Origin: an uncultured bacterium
Lineage (GTDB): Bacteria > Patescibacteriota > Gracilibacteria > Absconditabacterales > Absconditicoccaceae
DNA length: 64,000 bases
Direction of reading: 5' to 3'
Assembly: GCA_937862935.1 (NCBI GenBank)
Contig: CALMEO010000055.1
Span: forward strand, 19,927 to 83,926
Part shown: piece after piece, positions 55,277 through 61,951 of the stretch
Position numbering within the stretch: the first letter of the stretch is position 1
Layout of the letters: every line of letters begins with the position of its first letter
Translations under genes and position numbers: made by a program
The notes under the pieces: generated by a model
Seen by the model: the letters and a program-made list of their open reading frames with translations, nothing else
Database searches by the model: none
What the model was told of the DNA's origin: nothing

Positions 55277-55957
55277 ATGGCAAAAAGAGTATACGGTACA
55301 AGAAAAAAATATCATTTTATTTATAAAACTACAAATTTACTAAGTGGAAGATACTATATAGGAATGCATTCAACAGATGACCTGAATGACGGATATTTAG
55401 GATCGGGTACATTATTAAGAAGATCTATAAAAAAGCACGGTAAAGAAAACTTTAAAATAGAGATCTTAGAATTTTTAGATTCAAGGGAAGCTTTAGTAGC
55501 AAGAGAAAAAGAGATCATATCTCTTCAAGAAATTGCTAAGAAAGAATGTATGAATTTAAAAGTAGGAGGAGAAGGAGGATTCTCCAGCGAAGAGCATAAA
55601 CAAAAATTCCTACAAGGACGAGAGTGGGGAAAGCTTTTAGGAGCTAAAACAGGAGGAGATCTTAGACGAGGAGTAGGTTTAGAAAGCACACACAGAGCTC
55701 TGATTAGTTTAAAAATGAAAGAACACTATACAACAAATATAGGACACTTCAGCAATAAAACACATTCAGAACAGACTAAGAAAAAAATGTCAAATGCTAA
55801 AAAAGGAAAAGGATTAGCACAGACTAATTCACAATACGGAACTTGTTGGATCACCGATGAGTATTCCAATAAAAAAATAATAAAAGGAGAAACAATCCCA
55901 GAAGGATGGAGATTAGGAAGAAAAATAAAAAAGCAATCCCTCTGCCACGGGTATTAG
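55277..55957 (+). CDS. GIY-YIG homing endonuclease
   Basis: YHFIYKTTNLLSGRYYIGMH...GYLGSG; C-terminal WITDE...PEGWRLGRKIK; last 10 nt overlap tRNA-Pro. Confidence 0.85.
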   Translation: MAKRVYGTRKKYHFIYKTTNLLSGRYYIGMHSTDDLNDGYLGSGTLLRRSIKKHGKENFKIEILEFLDSREALVAREKEIISLQEIAKKECMNLKVGGEGGFSSEEHKQKFLQGREWGKLLGAKTGGDLRRGVGLESTHRALISLKMKEHYTTNIGHFSNKTHSEQTKKKMSNAKKGKGLAQTNSQYGTCWITDEYSNKKIIKGETIPEGWRLGRKIKKQSLCHGY

Positions 55958-56023
55958 AGGAGTCCGGTCTATCTCGCTGCATTTGGGATGCAGAGCACGC
56001 AGGTTCGAATCCTGCATACCCGA
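55948..56023 (+). tRNA. tRNA-Pro(UGG)
   Basis: Acceptor CGGGTAT/ATACCCG, stem CTGCA/TGCAG, loop TT-TGG-GA, T arm GCAGG-TTCGAAT-CCTGC. Confidence 0.85.
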
Positions 56024-56081
56024 CGAGTGAGACTGTTACTAATTCATAGAACTATAGAGTGTTTGCATAGAATTAGATTAT

Positions 56082-56153
56082 TCCCTCGTAGCAAATCGGT
56101 ATAGGCAATAGACTTTTAATCTATGGGATCAGGTTCAACTCCTGACGGGGGAA
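56082..56153 (+). tRNA. tRNA-Lys(UUU)
   Basis: Acceptor TCCCTCG/CGGGGGA, stem ATAGA/TCTAT, loop CT-TTT-AA, T arm TCAGG-TTCAACT-CCTGA. Confidence 0.8.
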
Positions 56154-56243
56154 CAAAAATCAACTAGTCACTGTAAAACCAGTGGGCGTCAGTAAGTATT
56201 CTGAGCGACGTTTAAATCCTGAAAGCAATTGTTGATTTTATTT

Positions 56244-56314
56244 GCCTCGATGATGTAATGGTAGCGTCGTTGTTTTACATGCAACAGGTGGAAGTTCGAT
56301 TCTTTCTCGAGGTA
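56244..56314 (+). tRNA. tRNA-Val(UAC)
   Basis: Acceptor GCCTCGA/TCGAGGT, stem GTTGT/GCAAC, loop TT-TAC-AT, T arm GGAAG-TTCGATT-CTTTC. Confidence 0.85.
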
Positions 56315-56360
56315 CTGTAGACTTTTTGAAAAGTTAGCCTATTCATTATAAACAGTAGAT
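56315..56360 (+). repeat. conserved GIY-YIG 5' flank, copy 1 (after tRNA-Val)
   Basis: CTGTAGACTTTTTGAAAAGTTAGCCTATTCATT... Confidence 0.9.
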
Positions 56361-57005
56361 ATGGCTAACATCAAAGAGAATAAAAAATACCACTACACTT
56401 ATAAGACAACAAATCTTATAAATGGTAGATATTATCTGGGAATGCACTCAACTAACCGTTTAGATGACGGTTACTTAGGAAGTGGTAAAAGACTTTATTA
56501 TGAATTAAATAAATACGGTAGAGACAATTTTAAGTTTGAACTACTAGAGCAATTTAATTCAAGAGAGGAATTAGTTCAAGCTGAAATTAATCTAATAACA
56601 GAACAAGATTTAAAAAATATAAACTGTTTAAACCTGAGTAAAGGAGGTAGTGGTGGTATTCATAACGAGGATCATTACAAGGCTTTTGTAAAAGGACCTA
56701 AGAATACAAGTGGGTGGATCTTGAACATGAAAAACCTAAAAGCAAACCCAGAATGGGTGAAATGGCATAGGGAATTAGTTATAAAAGGTCTTAGAGAGTA
56801 TTACAAAGTTTCAGAAGGACCTTTTAAAGGTAAGCAACATAAACCTGAGACTATTGAAAAAATGAAAGCGTCTCACAAAGGAGCAGGGAAAGGAACTAAT
56901 AATTCTCAATATGGTACTTGTTGGATTACAAACGAAACAGAAAATAAAAAAAATATACAAAGGAGATCTAATCCCAGAAGGTTGGAGATTGGGACGAAAA
57001 ATTAA
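56361..57005 (+). CDS. GIY-YIG homing endonuclease, C-terminus frameshifted in an A8 run
   Basis: MANIKENKKYHYTYKTTNLINGRYYLGMH; the paralogue-like ending IPEGWRLGRKIK is encoded in the +1 frame after 56946..56953. Confidence 0.75.
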   Translation: MANIKENKKYHYTYKTTNLINGRYYLGMHSTNRLDDGYLGSGKRLYYELNKYGRDNFKFELLEQFNSREELVQAEINLITEQDLKNINCLNLSKGGSGGIHNEDHYKAFVKGPKNTSGWILNMKNLKANPEWVKWHRELVIKGLREYYKVSEGPFKGKQHKPETIEKMKASHKGAGKGTNNSQYGTCWITNETENKKNIQRRSNPRRLEIGTKN

Positions 57006-57012
57006 ATAAACT

Positions 57013-57091
57013 GGGGTTATTGAGCAGGTGGTGAGCTCAGCGGTCTGTAAAATCGTGATTATTCTTGTAGGTTCGATTCCTACTAGCCCCA
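57013..57091 (+). tRNA. tRNA-Tyr(GUA)
   Basis: Acceptor GGGGTTA/TAGCCCC, D arm GAGC..GCTC, stem GCGGT/ATCGT, loop CT-GTA-AA, 10-nt variable region, T arm GTAGG-TTCGATT-CCTAC. Confidence 0.8.
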
Positions 57092-57158
57092 CAGTCAAAT
57101 TTTCTAACGTATGAAAAAACATTCAGTCTTCTAAGTACTAATCGTAACTTAGAAAAAG

Positions 57159-57434
57159 ATGTCAAGAAGTCGAAAAAAACCTTACTGTAAGGATAAGGGA
57201 ATGTCAACACAGGAATATTGGAAAGTTATCCGACATGAGTGGAAACAAACACTAAAACAAAATTATTGGAAAGATAGTTTGTACTTTAGAAACCCTGAGG
57301 AGATAATTAATGATTGGACAAGATGTGATTACATTTGGTTCATTAAAGAAAGTAGACCTTACTGGGGTGATGAAGAACCGATGCACTGGTTTGGATACAC
57401 TAAAGAAGATGTTAAAAAATACTCTAGAAAATAG
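57159..57434 (+). CDS. hypothetical Trp/Lys-rich small protein
   Basis: 91-aa ORF between tRNA-Tyr and tRNA-Phe. Confidence 0.5.
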   Translation: MSRSRKKPYCKDKGMSTQEYWKVIRHEWKQTLKQNYWKDSLYFRNPEEIINDWTRCDYIWFIKESRPYWGDEEPMHWFGYTKEDVKKYSRK

Positions 57435-57441
57435 GGTACTC

Positions 57442-57514
57442 GGAGCAGTGGCAGATCAGGTGATTGCGCTAGTCTGAAAAACTAGAGGAACGAGATCGTT
57501 ACTCGTCTGCTCCA
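57442..57514 (+). tRNA. tRNA-Phe(GAA)
   Basis: Acceptor GGAGCAG/CTGCTCC, stem CTAGT/ACTAG, loop CT-GAA-AA, T arm ACGAG-ATCGTTA-CTCGT (unusual A54/T58). Confidence 0.75.
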
Positions 57515-57626
57515 CAAAGTAGTTCTTGTCCCTTGTAAGGTGTGAAAGAATATATAAACGGTTTTTGCAGGTTCAAATCCTGGGTCTTGCAACTTTTTGC
57601 AAGTAGAACCGTGAGAATTACGAATT

Positions 57627-57698
57627 GGATTGTTAGCTCAGAGGCAGAGCGGTTGTTTGTTAGGCAACGGGTCGGGATTTCGAAATTCCCACAATCCT
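57627..57698 (+). tRNA. tRNA-Asn(GUU)
   Basis: Acceptor GGATTGT/ACAATCC, D arm GCTC-AGAGGCA-GAGC, stem GTTGT/GCAAC, loop TT-GTT-AG. Confidence 0.85.
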
Positions 57699-57704
57699 CA
57701 AAAT

Positions 57705-57776
57705 TGCTCTATCGTATAAAGGTTATTACGGATGACTGTTAATCATTTTATCTAGGTTCAAGTCCTAGTGGAGCAG
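57705..57776 (+). tRNA. tRNA-Asn(GUU), second copy with a divergent body
   Basis: Acceptor TGCTCTA/TGGAGCA, stem GATGA/TCATT, loop CT-GTT-AA, T arm CTAGG-TTCAAGT-CCTAG. Confidence 0.65.
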
Positions 57777-57897
57777 CAAGGGGTGTTAGTATCTCCTGAC
57801 GGGTTTAGATGTGTAACTTTCCCTCCAACAACTAACATTATAATTGGATTAATAAGGAACAACTCTTCGTAAGGTTATCAGATTAAACGTTACAACT

Positions 57898-57969
57898 GCT
57901 CCTATAGTAGAATGGTTAGCACACATCTCTGATAAGGATGAAATGGAGGTTCAATTCCTTCTAGGAGTA
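57898..57969 (+). tRNA. tRNA-Ile(GAU)
   Basis: Acceptor GCTCCTA/TAGGAGT, stem CATCT/GGATG, loop CT-GAT-AA, T arm GGAGG-TTCAATT-CCTTC. Confidence 0.8.
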
Positions 57970-57976
57970 CAGAAAT

Positions 57977-58063
57977 GGAGAATAGTCTAATATTGGTTTG
58001 TAGTGGCATCCTGCTAAGATGTTCCTGGTAAAACAGGTGAGAGTTCGATTCTCTTGTTCTCCG
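57977..58063 (+). tRNA. tRNA-Ser(GCU)
   Basis: Acceptor GGAGAAT/GTTCTCC, stem GCATC/GATGT, loop CT-GCT-AA, variable arm CCTG-GTAAAA-CAGG, T loop TTCGATT. Confidence 0.85.
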
Positions 58064-58192
58064 CAAAAACCTGTTCCCCGTCCTCACAAAGCATCTAAGG
58101 AATGCAGGAGTAGAATAGTACGTTCGGGGCCTTGTGGTAGGACACTTTAAAATCTAAAGTACAAAGATAAGTTAACAGGTTCTTATCAAATT

Positions 58193-58261
58193 GCCGAAGG
58201 ATCAGGTGATCGAGAATGGCTCATATCCGTTTTCAGGGTGGATCGTTACCACTCTTCGGTA
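58193..58261 (+). tRNA. tRNA-Met(CAU) (or Ile2/lysidine type), compact 69 nt
   Basis: Acceptor GCCGAAG/CTTCGGT, stem AATGG/CCGTT, loop CT-CAT-AT, T arm GGTGG-ATCGTTA-CCACT, short D arm. Confidence 0.65.
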
Positions 58262-58363
58262 CAAAAAATATCTAGGTAACAACCTGAGTTAAAGAAAGAA
58301 CTGGTTCACTCCTTCGTAATATTGTAACCCGCGGCTACAAAAAAGAAGAGGTATTTTTTACAC

Positions 58364-58437
58364 GGTGTATGTAGCTAAATGGTAAAGCGCTTGATTGTGG
58401 TTCAAGTCATTTGCGGGTTCAAGTCCCGTCGTACACC
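58364..58437 (+). tRNA. tRNA-His(GUG) with encoded G-1
   Basis: G-1 opposite C73, acceptor GTGTATG/CGTACAC, stem CTTGA/TCAAG, loop TT-GTG-GT, T arm GCGGG-TTCAAGT-CCCGT. Confidence 0.85.
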
Positions 58438-58571
58438 CAACAAATTAAGAAAAAGCTAATGGAGCTGTAAGTTAATAAGCAACCGGGATGGTGGATTTAA
58501 TCCTGGTGCGAAAAGTAAAACCAGAGGGATAAGTCCAATAAAAACCTCAAAAACTTACCTTAATTTTAAAT

Positions 58572-58644
58572 GCCTCTGTGGTGGAATGGAAGACACAACG
58601 AGTTTAAGCCTCGTACGCTGCAGGTTCGACTCCTGTCAGAGGTA
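58572..58644 (+). tRNA. tRNA-Leu(UAA) with a short (5-nt) variable loop
   Basis: Acceptor GCCTCTG/CAGAGGT, Leu-type D arm GTG-GAATGGAAGA-CAC, stem ACGAG/CTCGT, loop TT-TAA-GC, variable ACGCT, A73. Confidence 0.75.
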
Positions 58645-58896
58645 CAAAAAATTAAAGTGACGGAATTAGACGTTAAGAGAGATGAAGTGTTTATAACATC
58701 AGGTTGCGACTGGTGTATGTAAAACCAAGTTAAACTACCGTTAACTAAGTTTCTAGTACGAAGATTGATCCTCGTCGCAGAAGAAGTAGTATTAGAGATG
58801 TACCACAGGGGTTATAGACAATTATAACTGTTGGGTTTAGGTCGAAATGTTTAACATGTAGGTACCCAGTCCTACCTTTAATTTTTATTAACTATT

Positions 58897-59193
58897 ATGA
58901 AAGAGTTACCAGATACATTTAAGGAGTATATCATATATCAGTTAGAATATGGTAAAATCAAGATGTGTAGTGCATTTACTAGTCTGTTTTTTCATAAAGG
59001 ATATACAGGATTTAGGTACAGAGAGGTCTACAGTTTAGTGCAAGATGAAATTAGGAGATTTCGTACTGAAGAAGGTGTAAAAAGGAAGGAACAAGAACGT
59101 CTGTTAGAGGAAAAGAAACGGATGGCTAATCAACAGAGAAGTCTAAGTATGAAACGTTATTGGGAGCATAAGAAAAATTTCAAACAGGTTTAA
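58897..59193 (+). CDS. hypothetical small basic protein
   Basis: 98-aa ORF within the tRNA island. Confidence 0.5.
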   Translation: MKELPDTFKEYIIYQLEYGKIKMCSAFTSLFFHKGYTGFRYREVYSLVQDEIRRFRTEEGVKRKEQERLLEEKKRMANQQRSLSMKRYWEHKKNFKQV

Positions 59194-59269
59194 ACACTAA
59201 AGAAGTAAATTATTTAAACTCAAGGAATCGGGCATATGAAAAAGTGACTTCTAACTTAATGTTAAAAAT

Positions 59270-59341
59270 GGTCCTATAGTTTAATTGGAAAAATTTAAGA
59301 ATACGAATCTTAGGTTAGGGGTTCGAATCCTCTTAGGACTT
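59270..59341 (+). tRNA. tRNA-Arg(ACG)
   Basis: Acceptor GGTCCTA/TAGGACT, stem TAAGA/TCTTA, loop AT-ACG-AA, T arm AGGGG-TTCGAAT-CCTCT. Confidence 0.8.
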
Positions 59342-59352
59342 CAAAAAAGATT

Positions 59353-59423
59353 GCCCTATTAGTTTAACGGAAGAACATATCTCTTCTAAAGATAGAGTCT
59401 TGGTTCGAGTCCAAGATGGGGTT
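59353..59423 (+). tRNA. tRNA-Arg(UCU)
   Basis: Acceptor GCCCTAT/ATGGGGT, stem TATCT/AGATA, loop CT-TCT-AA, T arm CTTGG-TTCGAGT-CCAAG. Confidence 0.8.
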
Positions 59424-59427
59424 CAAT

Positions 59428-59487
59428 ATATATGTAAAAACATATAAAAAAGTTAATATTAGGTAATTTATATGTTTTTACATATAT
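59428..59487. repeat. perfect 21-bp inverted repeat with an 18-nt spacer
   Basis: ATATATGTAAAAACATATAAA (59428..59448) versus TTTATATGTTTTTACATATAT (59467..59487). Confidence 0.9.
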
Positions 59488-59503
59488 CTAAAAATTTACT
59501 AAT

Positions 59504-59574
59504 ACGTCAGTGGTGTAATGGTAACATACCGGTCTCCAAAACCGACGATAAGAGTTCGAATCTCTTTTGACGTG
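59504..59574 (+). tRNA. tRNA-Trp(CCA)
   Basis: Acceptor ACGTCAG/TTGACGT, anticodon arm CCGGT-CTCCAAA-ACCGA (as in bacterial tRNA-Trp), T arm AAGAG-TTCGAAT-CTCTT. Confidence 0.8.
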
Positions 59575-59618
59575 CTGTAGACTTTTTGAAAAGTTAGCCT
59601 ATTTATTGAAAAATAAGT
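59575..59618 (+). repeat. conserved GIY-YIG 5' flank, copy 2 (after tRNA-Trp)
   Basis: CTGTAGACTTTTTGAAAAGTTAGCCTATTTATT... Confidence 0.9.
59599..59606 (+). promoter_or_regulatory. CTATTTAT box
   Basis: 13 nt upstream of the GIY-YIG ATG 59619. Confidence 0.5.
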
Positions 59619-60269
59619 ATGGCTAACATCAAAGAGAATAAAAAATATCATTTTACATATAAGACAACAAATCTTATAAACAAAAGGTATTACTTAGGGA
59701 TGCATTCAACTAACCGTTTAGATGACGGATATATAGGAAGCGGTAAAAGACTTTATTACGAATTAAACAAATACGGTAAAGAGAATTTTAAATTTGAAAT
59801 ACTAAAACAGTTTAATTCAAGGGAGCAGTTAGTTGAAGCTGAAACAAGCTTAATAAGTGAAGAAGTTTTGAAAGATCCAAACTGTCTTAACATGGTAGTA
59901 GGAGGTTCAGGAGGAAATGTAGGTAAAGGAGGAGAGCACTTAGGAGGAGATTGCTGGGCAGCTGCTAATAAATATTGGAAAACAGAAGAAGGATTCAAAA
60001 AGAAATCAGAGACTGCAAAAAAAGTAGCTAAGAGAAGAATACAAGAGGGTACTTGGAATGTCTTTCAAAAAGGAAACCAGGTATGGAAAGGAAGAAAGCA
60101 TACACCTGAGACTATTGAAAAAATGAAAGAGACAAAAAAAGGTCATGGGAAAGGTATAAATAATTCACAATTTGGAAAATGTTGGATAACTAACGAAGTT
60201 GAAAGTAAGAAAATTCACAAAGGAGAACTAATTCCAGAAGGATGGAGATTAGGCCGAAAGATAAAATAA
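59619..60269 (+). CDS. GIY-YIG homing endonuclease
   Basis: MANIKENKKYHFTYKTTNLINKRYYLGMH...GYIGSG; ends PEGWRLGRKIK. Confidence 0.85.
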   Translation: MANIKENKKYHFTYKTTNLINKRYYLGMHSTNRLDDGYIGSGKRLYYELNKYGKENFKFEILKQFNSREQLVEAETSLISEEVLKDPNCLNMVVGGSGGNVGKGGEHLGGDCWAAANKYWKTEEGFKKKSETAKKVAKRRIQEGTWNVFQKGNQVWKGRKHTPETIEKMKETKKGHGKGINNSQFGKCWITNEVESKKIHKGELIPEGWRLGRKIK

Positions 60270-60329
60270 CTTTGGCATGAAAAAAGAATTTGATGCTCAC
60301 TAGGTTTATTAACCTAAAAGTGAGCAAAA

Positions 60330-60515
60330 ATGCGAATTAAACATTATACTAACAGAGAGTATAAAAAACAAAAACGTAGAGAGTATCCGGAATGGGATAA
60401 ATGGTTTGAGGATAACTGGAGTAAAAAGTCTAAAATATGGGCTTTCAAGTACAGAGAATACAGAACATGGAAACATAGCCGAAAAACTCAATACAAAACT
60501 AAATTGTTTCATTAA
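60330..60515 (+). CDS. hypothetical small basic protein
   Basis: 61-aa Lys/Arg/Trp-rich ORF. Confidence 0.4.
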   Translation: MRIKHYTNREYKKQKRREYPEWDKWFEDNWSKKSKIWAFKYREYRTWKHSRKTQYKTKLFH

Positions 60516-60526
60516 AAAAGGAAATC

Positions 60527-61033
60527 ATGAGTAAGTACAGAAAAACACTCGTAGTGGATTCAAGCTTTATTGCAAGAAGCATTATACCTGCTGAAAGAGC
60601 ATTCGTGATTTCATATAAAGGTAATGCTGAAGTAATTGCTGATCACCCAGAATCGTTTGGGTTAGTAAATCCTGAATTAGACATTAAAAAACCTTCAATC
60701 ATCAGGGTTTTTAAGTTTGTAAAGCAAAACATTCTAAAAGTACCTCTTACAAGAGAGAATATCTACAGAAGAGATAATTATGAATGTGTTTACTGTGGAA
60801 GTGATAATGTCAAAACATTAACATTGGACCACGTAATACCTCAATCAAAAGGAGGAAAAGACAGTTGGGATAATCTAGTTACAGCTTGTAAAAGATGCAA
60901 TGGTGAAAAGTCAGACTTAACATTAGAGGAATATGGAAAAGAAATTCCAACTCCATACCGTCCACATTACTTAATGTTAATGAAACAGATGCATGACATC
61001 CCAGAAGAATGGAAACATTTTTTATTATTTTAG
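60527..61033 (+). CDS. HNH endonuclease
   Basis: CVYCGS...LDHVIPQSKGGKDSWDNLVTACKRCNGEKSD. Confidence 0.85.
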   Translation: MSKYRKTLVVDSSFIARSIIPAERAFVISYKGNAEVIADHPESFGLVNPELDIKKPSIIRVFKFVKQNILKVPLTRENIYRRDNYECVYCGSDNVKTLTLDHVIPQSKGGKDSWDNLVTACKRCNGEKSDLTLEEYGKEIPTPYRPHYLMLMKQMHDIPEEWKHFLLF

Positions 61034-61036
61034 GAT

Positions 61037-61195
61037 ATGGAATTTTACAAAATAGGTAACACAAAACTTGAATTAGGATTTCGTAAGCTGTTACAAATGT
61101 CAGACAGAAAAGCTAGAATAGAAGGAATTGAAAAACTAACAAAAACCAAAATTATTATTGAAAATAATAATGTATTTATAATATGGTTAAAATAA
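61037..61195 (+). CDS. small hypothetical protein (52 aa), not in ORF track
   Basis: ATG 4 nt after the HNH gene stop. Confidence 0.35.
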   Translation: MEFYKIGNTKLELGFRKLLQMSDRKARIEGIEKLTKTKIIIENNNVFIIWLK

Positions 61196-61270
61196 AACAC
61201 CTGCTACGTAGTCACTACAGGACAATACGTACAGACAGGGAAGAAAAGATCAGCCCAGGTGTTTTAAATT

Positions 61271-61340
61271 GGCTTGTCTGGTCTTGGAGGCCGGTTGGAT
61301 TGCAAACCCAATAGAGACAGTTCGATTCTGTCACAAGCCT
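61271..61340 (+). tRNA. tRNA-Cys(GCA)
   Basis: Acceptor GGCTTGT/ACAAGCC, loop TT-GCA-AA, T arm GACAG-TTCGATT-CTGTC, U73 discriminator. Confidence 0.8.
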
Positions 61341-61359
61341 CAAAAAGAGTTTTAAAAAT

Positions 61360-61432
61360 AGTTGGTAGATTAAAATATTATCACTATATTAAAAGTATAA
61401 TAATAAGGTCATTGACATATTGGATAAAATTT
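61360..61432 (+). repeat. about 72-bp dispersed repeat, copy 2
   Basis: See 54986..55057. Confidence 0.8.
61362..61390 (+). promoter_or_regulatory. sigma70-like TTGGTA-N17-TATATT element (copy C)
   Basis: Part of the 72-bp repeat, upstream of the Leu-Thr-Gly-Glu tRNA run. Confidence 0.45.
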
Positions 61433-61654
61433 AAGACATTAAATTAACATAGTCGTCACTAGCAGGCGTATTAATCTTTCCGTTATAGACTAAGCGGTCG
61501 TAATGTAGTGTTACATCTCAATAAAACGAGATTGGATCCGATTTAGAAACAAGTACATGTTTCCTTATCTGATTTGGAGTAACTCCTTAGGATGCTTTTT
61601 TAAAGATTGAATATTTTAGGTAATCCAATTCCTATTGACTATGTTAATTAAAAT

Positions 61655-61728
61655 TGCTCCGGTGGTGGAATTGGTAGACACGCTTGACTTAGGATCAAGA
61701 TATTGAGGGTTCGAATCCCTCCTGGAGT
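61655..61728 (+). tRNA. tRNA-Leu(UAG) with a short (5-nt) variable loop
   Basis: Acceptor GCTCCGG/CTGGAGT, canonical Leu D arm GTG-GAATTGGTAGA-CAC, stem CTTGA/TCAAG, loop CT-TAG-GA, variable ATATT, A73. Confidence 0.75.
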
Positions 61729-61800
61729 ACAAAATTAGAGTTAGCTTATAGTAAAGCACCTGAAAAGGATAACGGATACGAAAACCGGCTCTAATTAATT

Positions 61801-61872
61801 TGCCGCTAAAGCATAAAAGGTGATGCACTTGTTTTGTACACAAGACAACGGAGTTCGATTCTTCGTAGCGGC
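61801..61872 (+). tRNA. tRNA-Thr(UGU)
   Basis: Acceptor GCCGCTA/TAGCGGC, D arm GCAT..ATGC, stem CTTGT/ACAAG, loop TT-TGT-AC. Confidence 0.85.
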
Positions 61873-61879
61873 TCAAAAA

Positions 61880-61951
61880 TGCGAATGTCGTATAATGGAT
61901 ATTATTTTTGACTTCCAATCAAAAGATGGCAGTTCGATTCTGCTCATTCGC
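61880..61951 (+). tRNA. tRNA-Gly(UCC)
   Basis: Acceptor GCGAATG/CATTCGC, stem TTTGA/TCAAA, loop CT-TCC-AA, T arm GGCAG-TTCGATT-CTGCT. Confidence 0.85.

Noticed and set aside
57534-57591. Possible tRNA using the T arm GCAGG-TTCAAAT-CCTGG
   Set aside because: Only a G.U-rich acceptor pairing (GTAAGGT/GTCTTGC) can be drawn, with 25 nt between acceptor and T arm. That leaves no room for D and anticodon arms. I treat it as a tRNA remnant.
58064-58192. Possible tRNAs around GCAT-CTAAGGA-ATGC and GGGGCCTTGTGGTAGGACAC
   Set aside because: The first hairpin would give an A34 anticodon (AAG) with no matching acceptor, D or T arms. The second has no complementary 3' acceptor strand or T arm downstream.
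1996-61918. All minus-strand ORFs in the track (for example 1996..2430, 6342..6524, 9563..9823, 13190..13384, 14631..14870, 16155..16412, 16790..17182, 17354..17746, 19286..19477, 24424..24651, 26558..26917, 35433..35684, 49363..49737, 51410..51715, 56811..57122, 61616..61918)
   Set aside because: Each lies inside, and antisense to, a longer + strand gene with recognisable motifs, or across tRNA genes. Their sequences are low-complexity (Ser/Leu/Phe-rich), as expected from the complement of AT-rich coding DNA. None has a CTATTTAT-type signal.
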